From Amoeboaphelidium protococcarum X5 (Eukaryota > Fungi > Aphelidiomycota): 64,000 bases of DNA. Shown piece by piece: positions 1-10,980 of the stretch. Location of the stretch: NCBI GenBank assembly GCA_023515725.1, contig JALDTO010000266.1:2312217-2376216 (forward strand). Direction: 5' to 3'. The translations under genes were made by a program, and so were the position numbers. The notes under the pieces are model-generated. The model did no database searches and was not told the DNA's origin. It saw nothing but the letters and a program-made list of their open reading frames with translations. Position 1 is the first letter of the stretch, and every line of letters starts with the position of its first letter.

Positions 1-2
1 GC

Positions 3-1883
3 TCGACTAATGCTGTTTCATTGTCAGTATCATCAACGAAAACCGTTGTCACTACCTTCACGACAACTTCCGGTAGCGTGTCCACGTCGATCTCTTCAAG
101 TACAACTGCCGCTGCTTTATCTACCTCTTCCAAATTGCCATCTCCTAATTTGAGTACAGCTATATCATCTGTCTCATCTCAAGTTGAAAGCTACTCTACT
201 TAGGGATCGATTACTTTGAATTCCAGCGCTAAGAGTTAAAGTACATCGCCTAATGAAACGCTACCATCTACATCGAGCCCTACAATGTAAAGTGCATTTC
301 CTGTTGAAACGCTACCATCTGCTCTGATAACTTCTACTTCGACTAATTCCACAACTTTAATAAGCAGTGTTATGTCTAGTGCTTCATAAGCTAATAAAAT
401 GTTACTTAATACGACTGTAGGTAGCATTTATCCGTCGTCGTCGGTACAAAGCTAGTCTCTTGAATAACTAGCACTGACCAGTACTAGTATTAGCACCACA
501 CTATCGTTCAGCTCTACCACGATAAGAGAAGAATTATCCATCGTAACAAGTTAACAATTGTTTACTGCGACTAGTGAATAGTCTTCTACTCCTACTGTGA
601 CTAGCGAATAGTCTTCTACTCTGTATTCTACAAGCTCGATTGGTGTGTCACCTGCGATTAACTTGTAATCAGTTACAAAGATAAGTTTGAGTTAATCTAC
701 GGCGTTGTCTTCCTCCGCATAGAGTGACAAGGTCATAAATTTCTCATTTGACCTGATGCAAACAAGTTCATCTATGGCCATTGGTACAACTATGAACACA
801 GTGGCAACTTCTGCTGTTATCACTCAGGCTTCCGCAGGCGCGTTTTCATTTGGTTAAAATTTGTTCACTTATGCTGTCATTGCTGGTATCGTGGTTTTCC
901 TCATGTTGAACACAGTTGCTTGCTTATTGTGCGTCAGGAGAAGAAGGTATGCAGGAGCTCGTAAAGTGCCTTTTGTATCAACTCCGAATCTGTCTCAGAG
1001 CATGACTCAAATGTCCAGACAGACAGATACTGGCCATATGTCTGCTTAGCGAGGTGTGACTTCTTAGCATACTGGCATGACTGCTTATTCTACAACCATG
1101 ACTGCTATGACGGCTGTTGCTACATCTCATGAACTGTCTATCCCTGCGTACATGAGGTATGAGTTTGGCTTGGATTTCAGAGCTGGTAAGACGATTGCTA
1201 AGAACGTTCGTGGCAAGATTTGTCACGGTGAAATTTTGAATGCTTAGCAAATCAGTCATGCAAATGGTTTGCAGGTTGTTGTCAAGTTCTTTGAGTTTAA
1301 CGTCGAGGATCCCAAGGATCAATAGTGGTATCATGCCTTTTAACAAGAAGTCTCGGTCCTGCATATGCTCAGAGACTGTCCGTACATCTGTAAGTTTATT
1401 GGATACAGCGACAATCCATCATGCATTATTATGAAGTTATATGGATATGGTTCTCTGCGTGACTTGATTTTGAAGAACGCGACGTCAAATCAGATTTACA
1501 ACAAGTCACTCATAGTCTCTATGCTGACTCAATCCTGTTTGGCTTTGTCGCATGTCCACAAATTTAACTTTGCCCACTGTGACATCAAGTTGGAGAACAT
1601 TATGATCGACTTCAATGAGTTTGGTCAGATGATTCCAATTTTGATCGATTTTGGTATCTCTGCTGTGGTGGATCGCCAACAATTGAGTGTAGCTGCCTTT
1701 AAAGTTAGTACTTTGAAGGGCTTGTCAATTGAGTATGCAAGTCCTGAGATGTTTGCGGGTTTTCGTGGCAAGTACCAGATTTAGCCTTACGAACTGCAGA
1801 AGGCTGACATTTACGCGATGGGTTGTATCACATTCAATTTCCTGACCAGGACCAGAATTAAGTAACGCTTTATCTATTACTGA
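3..1883 (+). CDS. Receptor-like protein kinase, 5'-partial: Ser/Thr-rich mucin-like ectodomain, single TM, kinase domain
   Basis: ORF-track pieces 21, 861 and 1365 share one frame, joined by TAA/TAG=Gln. TM segment YAVIAGIVVFLMLNTVACLLCV is followed by RRRR. Kinase motifs VVVK, HCDIKLENIM, DFG, YASPE and KADIYAMG are present. TGA at 1881-1883. Confidence 0.9.
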
Positions 1884-2043
1884 GATTTTGAAAATGGATT
1901 ATGAGTTTTCTGGGGGATAATATGATAGTTTTGAATGGAAGACAAGGTTTTAAAGTTGTGCTTTTTTAGATTTCTTTACGCGCCATTTTTAGTCAATTTT
2001 TGTTCTGATCGCTTGCCTTAAAGCTTTACATTTACCGTCATTG

Positions 2044-3024
2044 ATGACTTGGACTCAATTTTTTGCTATTGGACTACAGGCATATGGTCCGCCATTAATA
2101 GTCTTCTTTTACTATCTCAAAAGCCCTCTGAATCTTATTTTAGCTATTACTGGGTATTTCGTAATGTTTCGACATGCAGTGACATGTTATGTGATCAGTA
2201 GTGAATGTACCGTGTAGATCGTTTGTATGGCTGTTGTCAATGCTGATAGTGGGAGCGATATGGTTTGGTGCTACATAGTCAGTGCAGTCACCATAGCAAG
2301 TTAATTCACAGGATCCTTTAACTGTGTTTTACTCCGTGTCTCTACAAGAGATGTTTCGACTCGGTTTTATGCTTTTATTAAGGTAGATAGATTAATTGCT
2401 ATGCTCACATTAAATTATCCATTACTGAATTCATGCACTATGTAGAAAAGCTGAGAATGGATTACATGCTGCAGCTATGAGTGGGCGCAATTAATAGACC
2501 AAAGATGATCAAGATTAGATTTCTGATCTGCAACATCGGTTAATGAGACTAGAAATTTCATCAGCAGTTGGATTTGGCTGCGGCTTTGCGTAGTCACTCA
2601 TCACGTTCATCGGCTTGTGGTCAAACTCAACAGGGCCTGGTACTCTATTTTTACCGTCATGTCCATCGGTATCTGGTCCTTATCTCTACGGTAAGTGTAC
2701 TTTGAAGTTCTGCACTGAATGCTTGAATACTATCACCTTACCATTCGTTTTTTTGTAGCGTGGATGGTGTCGATCAATACATTTATCAACGTTACGTATT
2801 TTATAATTGCTTTCGAAGGCTTAATGCGAAGAAATTACCAGTTTATCTTATGGGTGGTCACTGGGCATTTCCTGGTGTCTTACACAAGTCTATTGAATAC
2901 AAGCACTCTCACTGGAGGTTGTGCTGGTGCCATATTGATACCTGCATTATACCTGGGACTATCTGTGAAGTTGGTGCGAAATGACATTCTCCCGTCACCT
3001 GTAAATGTAGTAGAAAGTGAATGA
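2044..3024 (+). CDS. APH1: Gamma-secretase subunit APH-1-like, 3 introns (2154-2217, ~2383-2445, ~2691-2758)
   Basis: Reads MTWTQFFAIGLQAYGPPL...ITGSFVWLLSML...SLQEMFRLGF...SAVGFGCGFAQSLITF...TGPGT...WVVTGHFLVSYTSLLN, which matches APH-1 TM motifs. GT...TGTAG introns restore the frame. Confidence 0.8.
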
Positions 3025-3075
3025 ATGAGTGAGTAACATCAAACTAATTTACATTATAATCATGAGCACATTCAA

Positions 3076-4464
3076 TCACAGTTTCTGTTCAATTTTAAAA
3101 GCTTGAAGCTTCTATTCATACAAATTTAGTGCCTGATGGTATGTATCTATAACTTTTAACTCCGCTTCTAGCTTCCTACGTAGATCCTCCCTCAGCTCTT
3201 TAAGACGCTTTTATTCTTGCACTATCACGGTCCTCTTTTCATTAATCTCATCAAGTTTAGCAGCATACTCTTTCTCAATCAGCTGCTAATTATCGGAGGT
3301 GAAATCTTGAGCAACATCAGCTTTGGTCTATTCACCTGCTTCTGTTATGCCACCAAGTTGTACCATCTTATCATCTTAATTTGAGATAGAATAGGCTTAC
3401 TCTTTTTCTACATTGAGTGTCGGTTTTAAACTATCAGTAGCCCTCTGCTGCTATTGTTATGAACCATGAGATCTCATTTCAGGTACTTGATCAATACCGT
3501 CAAGAGGAGGAAATCTCTTATCAAAATCATCAACTTCAGGCGCAGATTCTTAACTGCTCTTAGGAAGTACGCCATGTTGAAGTATATGATCATCTGCGAT
3601 ATTAGACTTCTAATCCACCTTTTATAGCTTCTAGTTCATTTACTGTTACTAAGAACGGATATATGATACAAACTGTGGGTGTAGTTAATTCGGCAAGAGG
3701 TGATCCATAGACATTGCGGGTACATTCATACCGAGCATTCGTCTTCTATCAAATTCAGCACTGAGAACTTGGATGGAGTTCAGCAGATGCTCTACAATGA
3801 ACATCCCAACCTGGAATTGGGGCAATGGTATCTGATAAATCTTGTCAATGTCCACCAGATTGATAACTCTCTAAAGAACATTCATCTACAAATTAGACTT
3901 GGCATAGAACGCCAGTACCTACTCTCCTAATACCAGTGAGGCCTGACTTTAAGACGTACTATGCAGAAGCAACTATTGGAAATACTCTGAATACTTTTGC
4001 AAGTCACTAGTCGATGGCTACCATTAGCCTATTCCTGTGGATGATATAAAAGCAGACACTACATGCTCATACTCACTAATGATGGCAAAATACTACTACT
4101 GAGATTCTGATTAAAACATAGAGGAAACTTGACCAGCAGATGGCTCCATAAACTCCTTTCTCAGTAGCGCTTACTATTAAACAGCAATCAGCCGCATTAG
4201 GACGTTAAAAGTATTCTAATCCATCAATGAGGCACTTGAACCGCGAACACTAGACGTACTGGGTGAATTAACTCCAACAATTTCCCAGATCCTAGTGCAA
4301 ATGTACTGAGGCAGGTAGGACTTTGTGAAGAGAAGATTGTACATGTGTTCGTACGTGGGCAGTCCCTGCAGTGATGAAGTGGACGAGCCAGCTGTGGCCA
4401 ATCTAAAATACTCGTCATATACCTGCTTCTCTTTACCTTTAAGAATAACGATAGGCAACTTCAT
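3076..4464 (-). CDS. EH-domain endocytic protein (End3/Eps15-like) with C-terminal coiled coil
   Basis: 463-codon ORF under TAR=Gln. Two EH-like repeats (LFTKSYLPQYICTRIWEIV; FYAKSNLQMNVLQRVINLVDIDK...FQVGMFIV) and a charged helical tail. Confidence 0.7.
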
Positions 4465-4713
4465 ATGTGCTAGGGATGATTCTACAATTTTATTTGAAAT
4501 TTCTAATTTAACCGTAAAGTTGACGAAGTTATTGTTTCGACTCCGACTCGATTTCGATGGAACTGGATGGGGAAAGTTGAAATCATTAGCTGATTAACCT
4601 GCACATCTTTACAGGTGATTAAACCATACAAACTTAGGTCAACTTCAATAATTTAGATGATATAACCAAGTAGTGAAAGATTTTTTTTAAATAATAAACA
4701 CTGGAATGATTTA

Positions 4714-5380
4714 ATGTCTAAATCTTAGCGGTGGTACCATTAGTCTACAGGCGAGCTGTTGTCTGCTATCAAATAGATTGCTTCCAATACAGCTCAATGC
4801 GTGTCTTGCGTCTATTTTTGGTTAGCTGCAGTCTTTCCAACAAATGGGTACATAGACTATTAGGATTACTCGGCGCATTAGTAGTTTTTTAGTGTTTTGC
4901 TTACTTTGCAATAATGGCAGGTTTGACCGGCGATTCCGGTGTGAATAACTTTGGTCCTGGTTATACAATTATTGCCATTGTTTTGGGGCTTGATTTCTTG
5001 TTTAAATGCATCACTTGGATCTGGTGTATCTTTTGCCATGGCTTCGGCTATAGACTAGTAGAACCAATTAAAAGATTTCGCAATTGATGCTATCATCGCT
5101 GAGGTTATGTGGCTAGCTAGGTGCAGAGGTACAAACTGCTCGTTTAATTGAGTTGCACACGAAAAGCCAGGATCCTGTTTATATATCCACATCTCAGTCC
5201 AACCATTGATGACCGTTCAGGGTAGAACGAGTTGCCGAGCATTCAGCTTAGCTGTTGGATAGCGATTTCTGAGTCATGTCCTGCCAAATAGTAGCTTTGT
5301 ATCGCGTCATGGACTCCTATGGAAATACAATTAATTGCTTTGTACATCCGTTTCCACATCGGTCTCATTAAACCGACATG
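4714..5380 (+). pseudogene. Degraded paralog of the orphan signal-peptide/3-TM family (see 5617 and 15231)
   Basis: ELLSAIKQIASNTAQ (~4752-4800) matches both intact copies. It is followed by a large internal deletion and frameshifted TM-region remnants (LGLLGALVVFQCFAYFAIMAGLT; AIDAIIAEV). The 3' boundary is uncertain. Confidence 0.6.
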
Positions 5381-5399
5381 ACAATATTTTGGGCGTAAT

Positions 5400-5553
5400 A
5401 TTTTAATTAATTGAGATAGATGCCAGTTGATAATTAGGCTTTCTAAAGATGCGTAAAAGTGCGACAGTGTTACATCACGCTGTATGTAACTCGTGATTTT
5501 CTAGACCATAAAACGTGTATAGAGTATCTCATGTCTCATGTATTTCAATCTTG
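5400..5553 (+). repeat. Conserved upstream (promoter-like) block of the orphan family, copy A
   Basis: Aligns by eye with 8360-8531 (gatgcgYaaaagtgcgRcagtg...cgctgtatgtaac...agaccataaaacgtgtatagag) and more weakly with the reverse complement of ~15310-15380. Confidence 0.8.
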
Positions 5554-5616
5554 TTTTGATATTAATTTGATAAATCATATATTTTAGAATTTATTCATAT
5601 AGAATAGAAATTTATA

Positions 5617-6756
5617 ATGGCTACTGGTTATGCACTCTTTATCTGCTGGTTACTCCTGTGGCAAAATTGCCTCTTTCCCACGATACAGGCTGTGAGGTTT
5701 GGTGCCTTTCATAATGCTGGCTCAAGCGCTATGGTTCAAGATGGTTAATCTGCTCATGGGGGCGCAAATTTTGATAGTATGATCCAATAATTTACAGGTG
5801 GTGATCGCGAGCTTCTATCTGCCATCAAGTAAATCGCGTCCAATACTGCTCAACGCGTGTCCTTCAGTTTAGATGGTGTGATTGATCATCTCATCAGAAT
5901 GGCCCCTAGAATGAAGGAGTAGTCTCATAAGATGGTGAGCTTGGTTTAGTAGAGATTCAGTGGTCAGAATCCATAGTAGATGCTCTCTCAATTCCTGCAG
6001 AAGGCCACGGGTTAATCTGGATAGGCTGATGAAGTAATGTCGATTCTGCAGTCACACCAGTAAGATCCACATGGAAGTACCAGTCGTTTGGCCTAGTTTG
6101 TTAGCCAGGATATCTTTGTAGGAGACTGCATTAAATAGAGTCGTAATTTGTAGGCGTTCATAGAGGCAGCGGGGGAGAATAAAAATTATTAGGATCACCT
6201 ATTGTCGTATCCCGAGCATGAAGCATCGGTGACATCCGTAGCACCAAAGATCTTGTTGGCTCTTTGGTTTGCGTCCATGTTCGTATCCTTCACTACACGC
6301 TAAAAGTCAATGTATGCTCTAGCGTCTACATACCGCGTCCTGTTAGTTTCATTCCTCTTTGTGTACGCTGCAATCACCGTGGGGTTCACGACTACAGATA
6401 TGGTTAAAATCGGTTCTGTGATTATAATGGGAGTTTTTTCCATCCTATTGATAGCAATGGAGGCTTATGGTGCTAAAACTTAATTTTATCATATTGATAA
6501 CCTGATTTTAAAAGGTAGATAGAACGCAATTGACAGGGCCGTAGCTGCGGCAGTTTCATCGAGCCAGGATGGACATTCTGTACGTCAGCTTGAGTTGCCT
6601 GATTAACATTTGACTTCTCCGCGCTTTCATCCAACTATTGAAAACATTGCTGAACTTGGTCAGGATAGAATTTTGCAACCTTAGATGGATTAGCCTAACT
6701 TGTAGCCCCAAGAAAGTGGTTATACACAAAGTGTTGCAGACGAGTATTAGTATTGA
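5617..6756 (+). CDS. Orphan protein: signal peptide, Gln-rich helical ectodomain, ~3 TM helices, disordered tail (family copy 1)
   Basis: 380-codon ORF (TAR=Gln) beginning MATGYALFICWLLLWQNCLFPTIQAVRFGAFHNA. Close paralog at 14146-15231. TGA at 6754-6756. Confidence 0.85.
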
Positions 6757-6823
6757 GAAGTTTAGATTGAAAGAACGAATAGCCATTTTGAAAACGTTGA
6801 TAGATAATATTTCTTTTCCGATA

Positions 6824-6975
6824 TGGATTTGATTTCATGGAATGTCTTGGAAATACTTAAAATCAATAATACTCAACCGCATAAATCTTATTGGAACTAT
6901 GTGGCATTCATCGGTGGAAATCCGCTCAAGACTTCCAGTGCGCGCCTAAACAGATTTGAATTTATATACCAAGTA
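6824..6975 (+). pseudogene. Inverted duplicate of the 3' end of the amidohydrolase gene at 10981-14010
   Basis: tggatttgatttcatggaatgtcttggaaatact...ggtggaaatccgctcaagact...tatataccaagta matches the reverse complement of 10965-11180, with a 64-nt internal deletion. Confidence 0.9.
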
Positions 6976-7060
6976 CTGTAGTATCCATAATGCATAGCAT
7001 AGTACTGTAAGATAAGTTTATTAATTTTTCACGCAGATTAAGATGGTTTATAACGCATTA

Positions 7061-8075
7061 GAGCATCTCCACCGGTGAATGTCCATAGATCGCCCTATAG
7101 AAATTTCTATGTGAAAATTTCTATATGGACATCGAAATCTCACACCGGTTGAACATAAAATTTCTATATGGATATTCACTAATGGTGCAAGTTGAGAGTA
7201 ATCATTACGGGATATAGTTCGTTCTTATACAAATACACGCGTTAATCCAATACCACCCTGCTCAATTTTTCATTCTCTTTTCAATGGTGGTGGTCTCGAA
7301 CGAAGATGACCGATTTTGATATTGATGCCGTCATCAATGACTTTATTTTTGATGACGATAGTGATTTAATATAACAGCCAGCTGCTTTGCAAGTTATTTA
7401 ATAGAACTTATAGCAGGCATCTTTAGTGCACGGTGGATCTTCTGTCGGCAGATCTCCAAACTTGTCAAGGAACTATGCATTGGCACACTCTCAACTTATG
7501 GCAAAAGTATTTCGATCCGAATTGCATTTATCCCTCTAAATTATTTAGAAGACGTTATCGTATGGAAAGAGCGCTTGTGAACAAGATTATTTAAGATGTT
7601 GTGGCATATGACGATTACTTCAGGCAGAAAATGGACGCCACCAAAAAGATAGGAATCTCCCTCACCTGAAAATCACTGCCGCGTCACGGTATCTTTGTTA
7701 TGGCACTTCTTATGATCAGCTAGATGAGTTGTTGTCTATATCTGAATCTGTAGCCTCCGAGTCTTTACTCCAATTTTGCAATGCGATCATCGATCTGTAC
7801 GGCGACGAGTATCTCAGATTTCCTAACAAATAAGAGGTGGAAGCACTTATGAAGGAGAACGAAACAAGAGGCTTTCCAGGTATGATTGGGTCTATTGATT
7901 GTATGCATTGGTAGTGGAAAAACTGCCCAAAGGCGTTCAAGGGATAATATTAAGGGAAAGAGGGCGTCCCCACTGTCATACTCGAGGCTGTCGCGTCCAT
8001 GAGCACTTACTTGTGGTCTTCTTATTTTGGTTTGCCTGGCTCTTGCAATGATCTGAATGTTTTATGTAGCTCACA
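7061..8075 (+). mobile_element. Truncated PIF/Harbinger DNA transposon with a frameshifted transposase
   Basis: TTA target-like triplet followed by the TIR-like GAGCATCTCCA at 7061, with subterminal AAATTTCTAT repeats. Transposase motifs FRRRYRM, KITAA.RYL.YG, RGFPGMIGSIDCMHWQWKNCP, LEAVA and FGLPGSCNDLNVL. Frameshifts near 7505 and 7660. The 3' part and right TIR were not found. Confidence 0.9.
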
Positions 8076-8359
8076 ATTGCAGTTCGTAATTATACTTAAT
8101 TTTAGTTATACAACTACTGTATCTACCAGCCCAATTGCGAGCTTTCAGAGCGTCACGCGAATACTCATAGGCCCGACCTGAATAAAGTAAAGCTCCTCTT
8201 AAACTGGCTTAATTATTTTTATTTTTGGTACAGTAGTCATATCCTTAGAAACGTTACTTTGTTTCCTGTCATGAACTCATATGGAATTACAGTTAGTTGC
8301 ATTGCGCCTCCGCTTAGACATTAGACTCATAATACTCATATGAAGAGCTTATGTGCTAA

Positions 8360-8663
8360 TATTTTAGTAATTTGAGATGCAACTCGATAATTTGGCTTTT
8401 AAACTAATGGACCAACATTCTAATGATGCGCAAAAGTGCGGCAGTGAGACATCGCGCTGTATGTAACCTCATAATTTAAGAGACCATAAAACGTGTATAG
8501 AGAATGTCAGGTGTCATGCATTTTAATCTTGAATTTAGTAGTAAAATTTGATTACCAAATCTTTTTTCAATTTATTAATTAAAGATTAATACTACAGTAT
8601 ATAATGATATACATTGTTTTTCTGCTAGTTGCTGTTGTGTCTTTATCTCAGTACAAGCGGTGA
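8360..8663 (+). pseudogene. Upstream block copy B plus a 5' remnant of a fourth orphan-family gene
   Basis: Promoter-like repeat, then ATG at 8604 with tttttctgctagttgctgttgtg...tacaagcggtga, resembling tttatctgctggttactcctgtg...tacaggctgtga of copy 1. TGA at 8661. Confidence 0.6.
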
Positions 8664-8796
8664 CATCGTCAACCAATCTCAGCACTCCCTCACGAAATGC
8701 GAAAACTGATCAAACATCGGCGCTCTTTATTCGAAAACGATCACTTTTAGAGATTTGTAGTTAATACTGATATTACTACATACGTTAATTAATACA

Positions 8797-9834
8797 ATGG
8801 AGAGTGTTATTAAAGAGCAACAGGTAGATAAGGCATTGCGCGCATTGATTAAGCATGAGAAACACGTAGCTGCTCAGTAATATGAATCTGCTGGTGGTAA
8901 AGCGGATTTACTCCCGGCGACTAAACTTGTTCATTTGCAGATTTCTCTCAAGAAGGTTGCAATCGGATATAGACCATAGCCTCGCGTCATTGATATACCC
9001 AATCCTATTTATGATGTCAATGGATCTGATGATTGCAGTATCACCGGTCAAGGTACGGATGGTCAAATTTGTGTTTTCGTTAAAGATCCATAGACTGAGT
9101 ATAAACAAGCGTTACTGAACATTCATCATCCTGATGATAAGTCCAAGAAGCTCATCCAGAAGGTGATTTCAGTGACGAAGCTCAAATCCAAATACTCTAC
9201 GTACGAGGCAAAGAGAATACTGGCTGATAGCTATACCATATTTCTTTGCGATGACAAGGTTGCCACTCTGCTGCCATCATTGCTGGGCACCAAGTTCTTT
9301 AAAAAGAGAAAGTTCCCCATGCCTGTCAAAGTGAGTGCTGTCGTGATGAAGTTTTTGCAAGCCGGGGAGAATGATAAGGCTTATGATTACCTGTATAAAA
9401 ACGCGTACCTATCTGTGCCTTATTACGTGCCTGGCACTGCAGAGAGTGTTGGTGTTATTAGTTCTCTCAGAGTTGGACATATGGCCATGGATGTTGAGTA
9501 AATGACGCAGAATGTGATGCACGCCCTTCCTCAACTGTCCAAGTACATTAGCGGAGGCGTTGATAACATCGCTGCAGTCCACGTCAAGACTCAGGATAGC
9601 ATTGGTATACCAGTATATTAGGCAGGTGTTGATAGCGCAGAGTAGGACAAGGAGCTGACAGAGAAGGTGGCCGTAGAGAACAAGAAGAGAAAGTTGGCCG
9701 TTTTGGATCGTGACGATGATCTTCAAGTACCTGAAGATGCACCTTAGGCTGTCAAGGATGTGGCCTTGCAAAAGAAGGAGAATAGGAGAACATTGAAGTA
9801 GCTACTTCGCAAAATTAAAGTGCAAGTCAATTGA
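8797..9834 (+). CDS. Ribosomal protein L1-domain protein (RSL1D1/Utp30/Cic1-like)
   Basis: QVDKALRALIKHE, PRVIDIPNP, ICVFVKDP, KVISVTKLKSKYSTYEAKRILADSYTIFLCD, LLGTKFFKKRKFPMPV, VHVKTQDSIGIPVY. Confidence 0.9.
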
Positions 9835-9909
9835 ACATGAAATAAGTAAAAGATTAATATGAAAAATTGAAAATTATCTGAGTATTTTCATCATAAATAA
9901 ATATAAAAT

Positions 9910-10775
9910 TCAACTTCCATCATTGCTAAGAGCTCTGTAGAAGGCGCCATGAGCAGTCTCCAAGTCGAACATCAACTGACGCGTATCTTGCTCATCCAAC
10001 TCATCTGCAGCCTTCATTTAATTCAACTTGATTAGCCACTCCTTCAGCTTCTACTTGTGTGATTCTATCTGAGTCGATACTCCCACTTTGTTCAGTGATT
10101 GTAATAAATCTCCCATTAGAGGATGCAGATGGTCCACAGATCGCATTTCCAACTTAAGAGAATCCATCAGAGTGATGAAAGACTGCACTGCTTCAGCAAC
10201 ATATTTAGCGCTTTATTATCCACCACCACCACCATTACCACTACCTCCAGAAGTCGAATTAGATGCTGCAACGGCGTGTTCGATAGTTGCAGGCACTCCA
10301 ATCTTGAGTCTATTCAAAGCCGCTTAACAGTTCAACTACATACGTAATAGCATTTTAGGTATAATTATGATATGTTTACAATAGTTTATTAAATATTTAC
10401 ATAATACGTCTAACAGAAATCATCGATATCTTTAAACTGATCGTCCACTAGATTAAAGGCCGTCTTGTACTGCGTGAGTAGTTTTGCACATGCTTAAGTG
10501 TATCTACAATGACATATAAATAAACACATAATAATGATTATAACTGGAGATAATAAATAAATTTACTAATCAGCCGATATTGAATCCCTAATGTAAGCCT
10601 TTTCCAATTGTTCAACGGTGATCACAATTGCATACAAGTCCGCCTGGTTCTCATAAGTCTCCCGTTCTGATGACGACTCTGCTAATTTAATAGGAGTCTA
10701 TGGCACTGAACTATTGCTGTTATTAGCCGCTAATCCTGGTATAATAGGTAATTCCTTATACTGATACATGGACAT
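9910..10775 (-). CDS. VPS28: ESCRT-I subunit Vps28 (2 short introns)
   Basis: RETYENQADLYAIVITVEQLEKAYIRD, ACAKLLTQYK, RLKIGVPATIEH, AEAVQSFITLMDSLKL, VDHLHPLMGDL, RQLMFDLETAH. Confidence 0.95.
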
Positions 10776-10980
10776 GATTTGTATATTTCTTCTGCTGTGT
10801 TACTTGGAGACAAGGGAAAAGTTAGTAAGATTGAGCCGCTAAGTTAAGAAAGGCAAAGGTAAAGTTCCTACTTGATATTAATGCGTTATAAACCATCTCA
10901 ATATGTGTGTGTGTGTAAAATCAATAAACTTATCTTACAATACTATACTATTTAACTTGGATCCTACTTGGTATATAACT

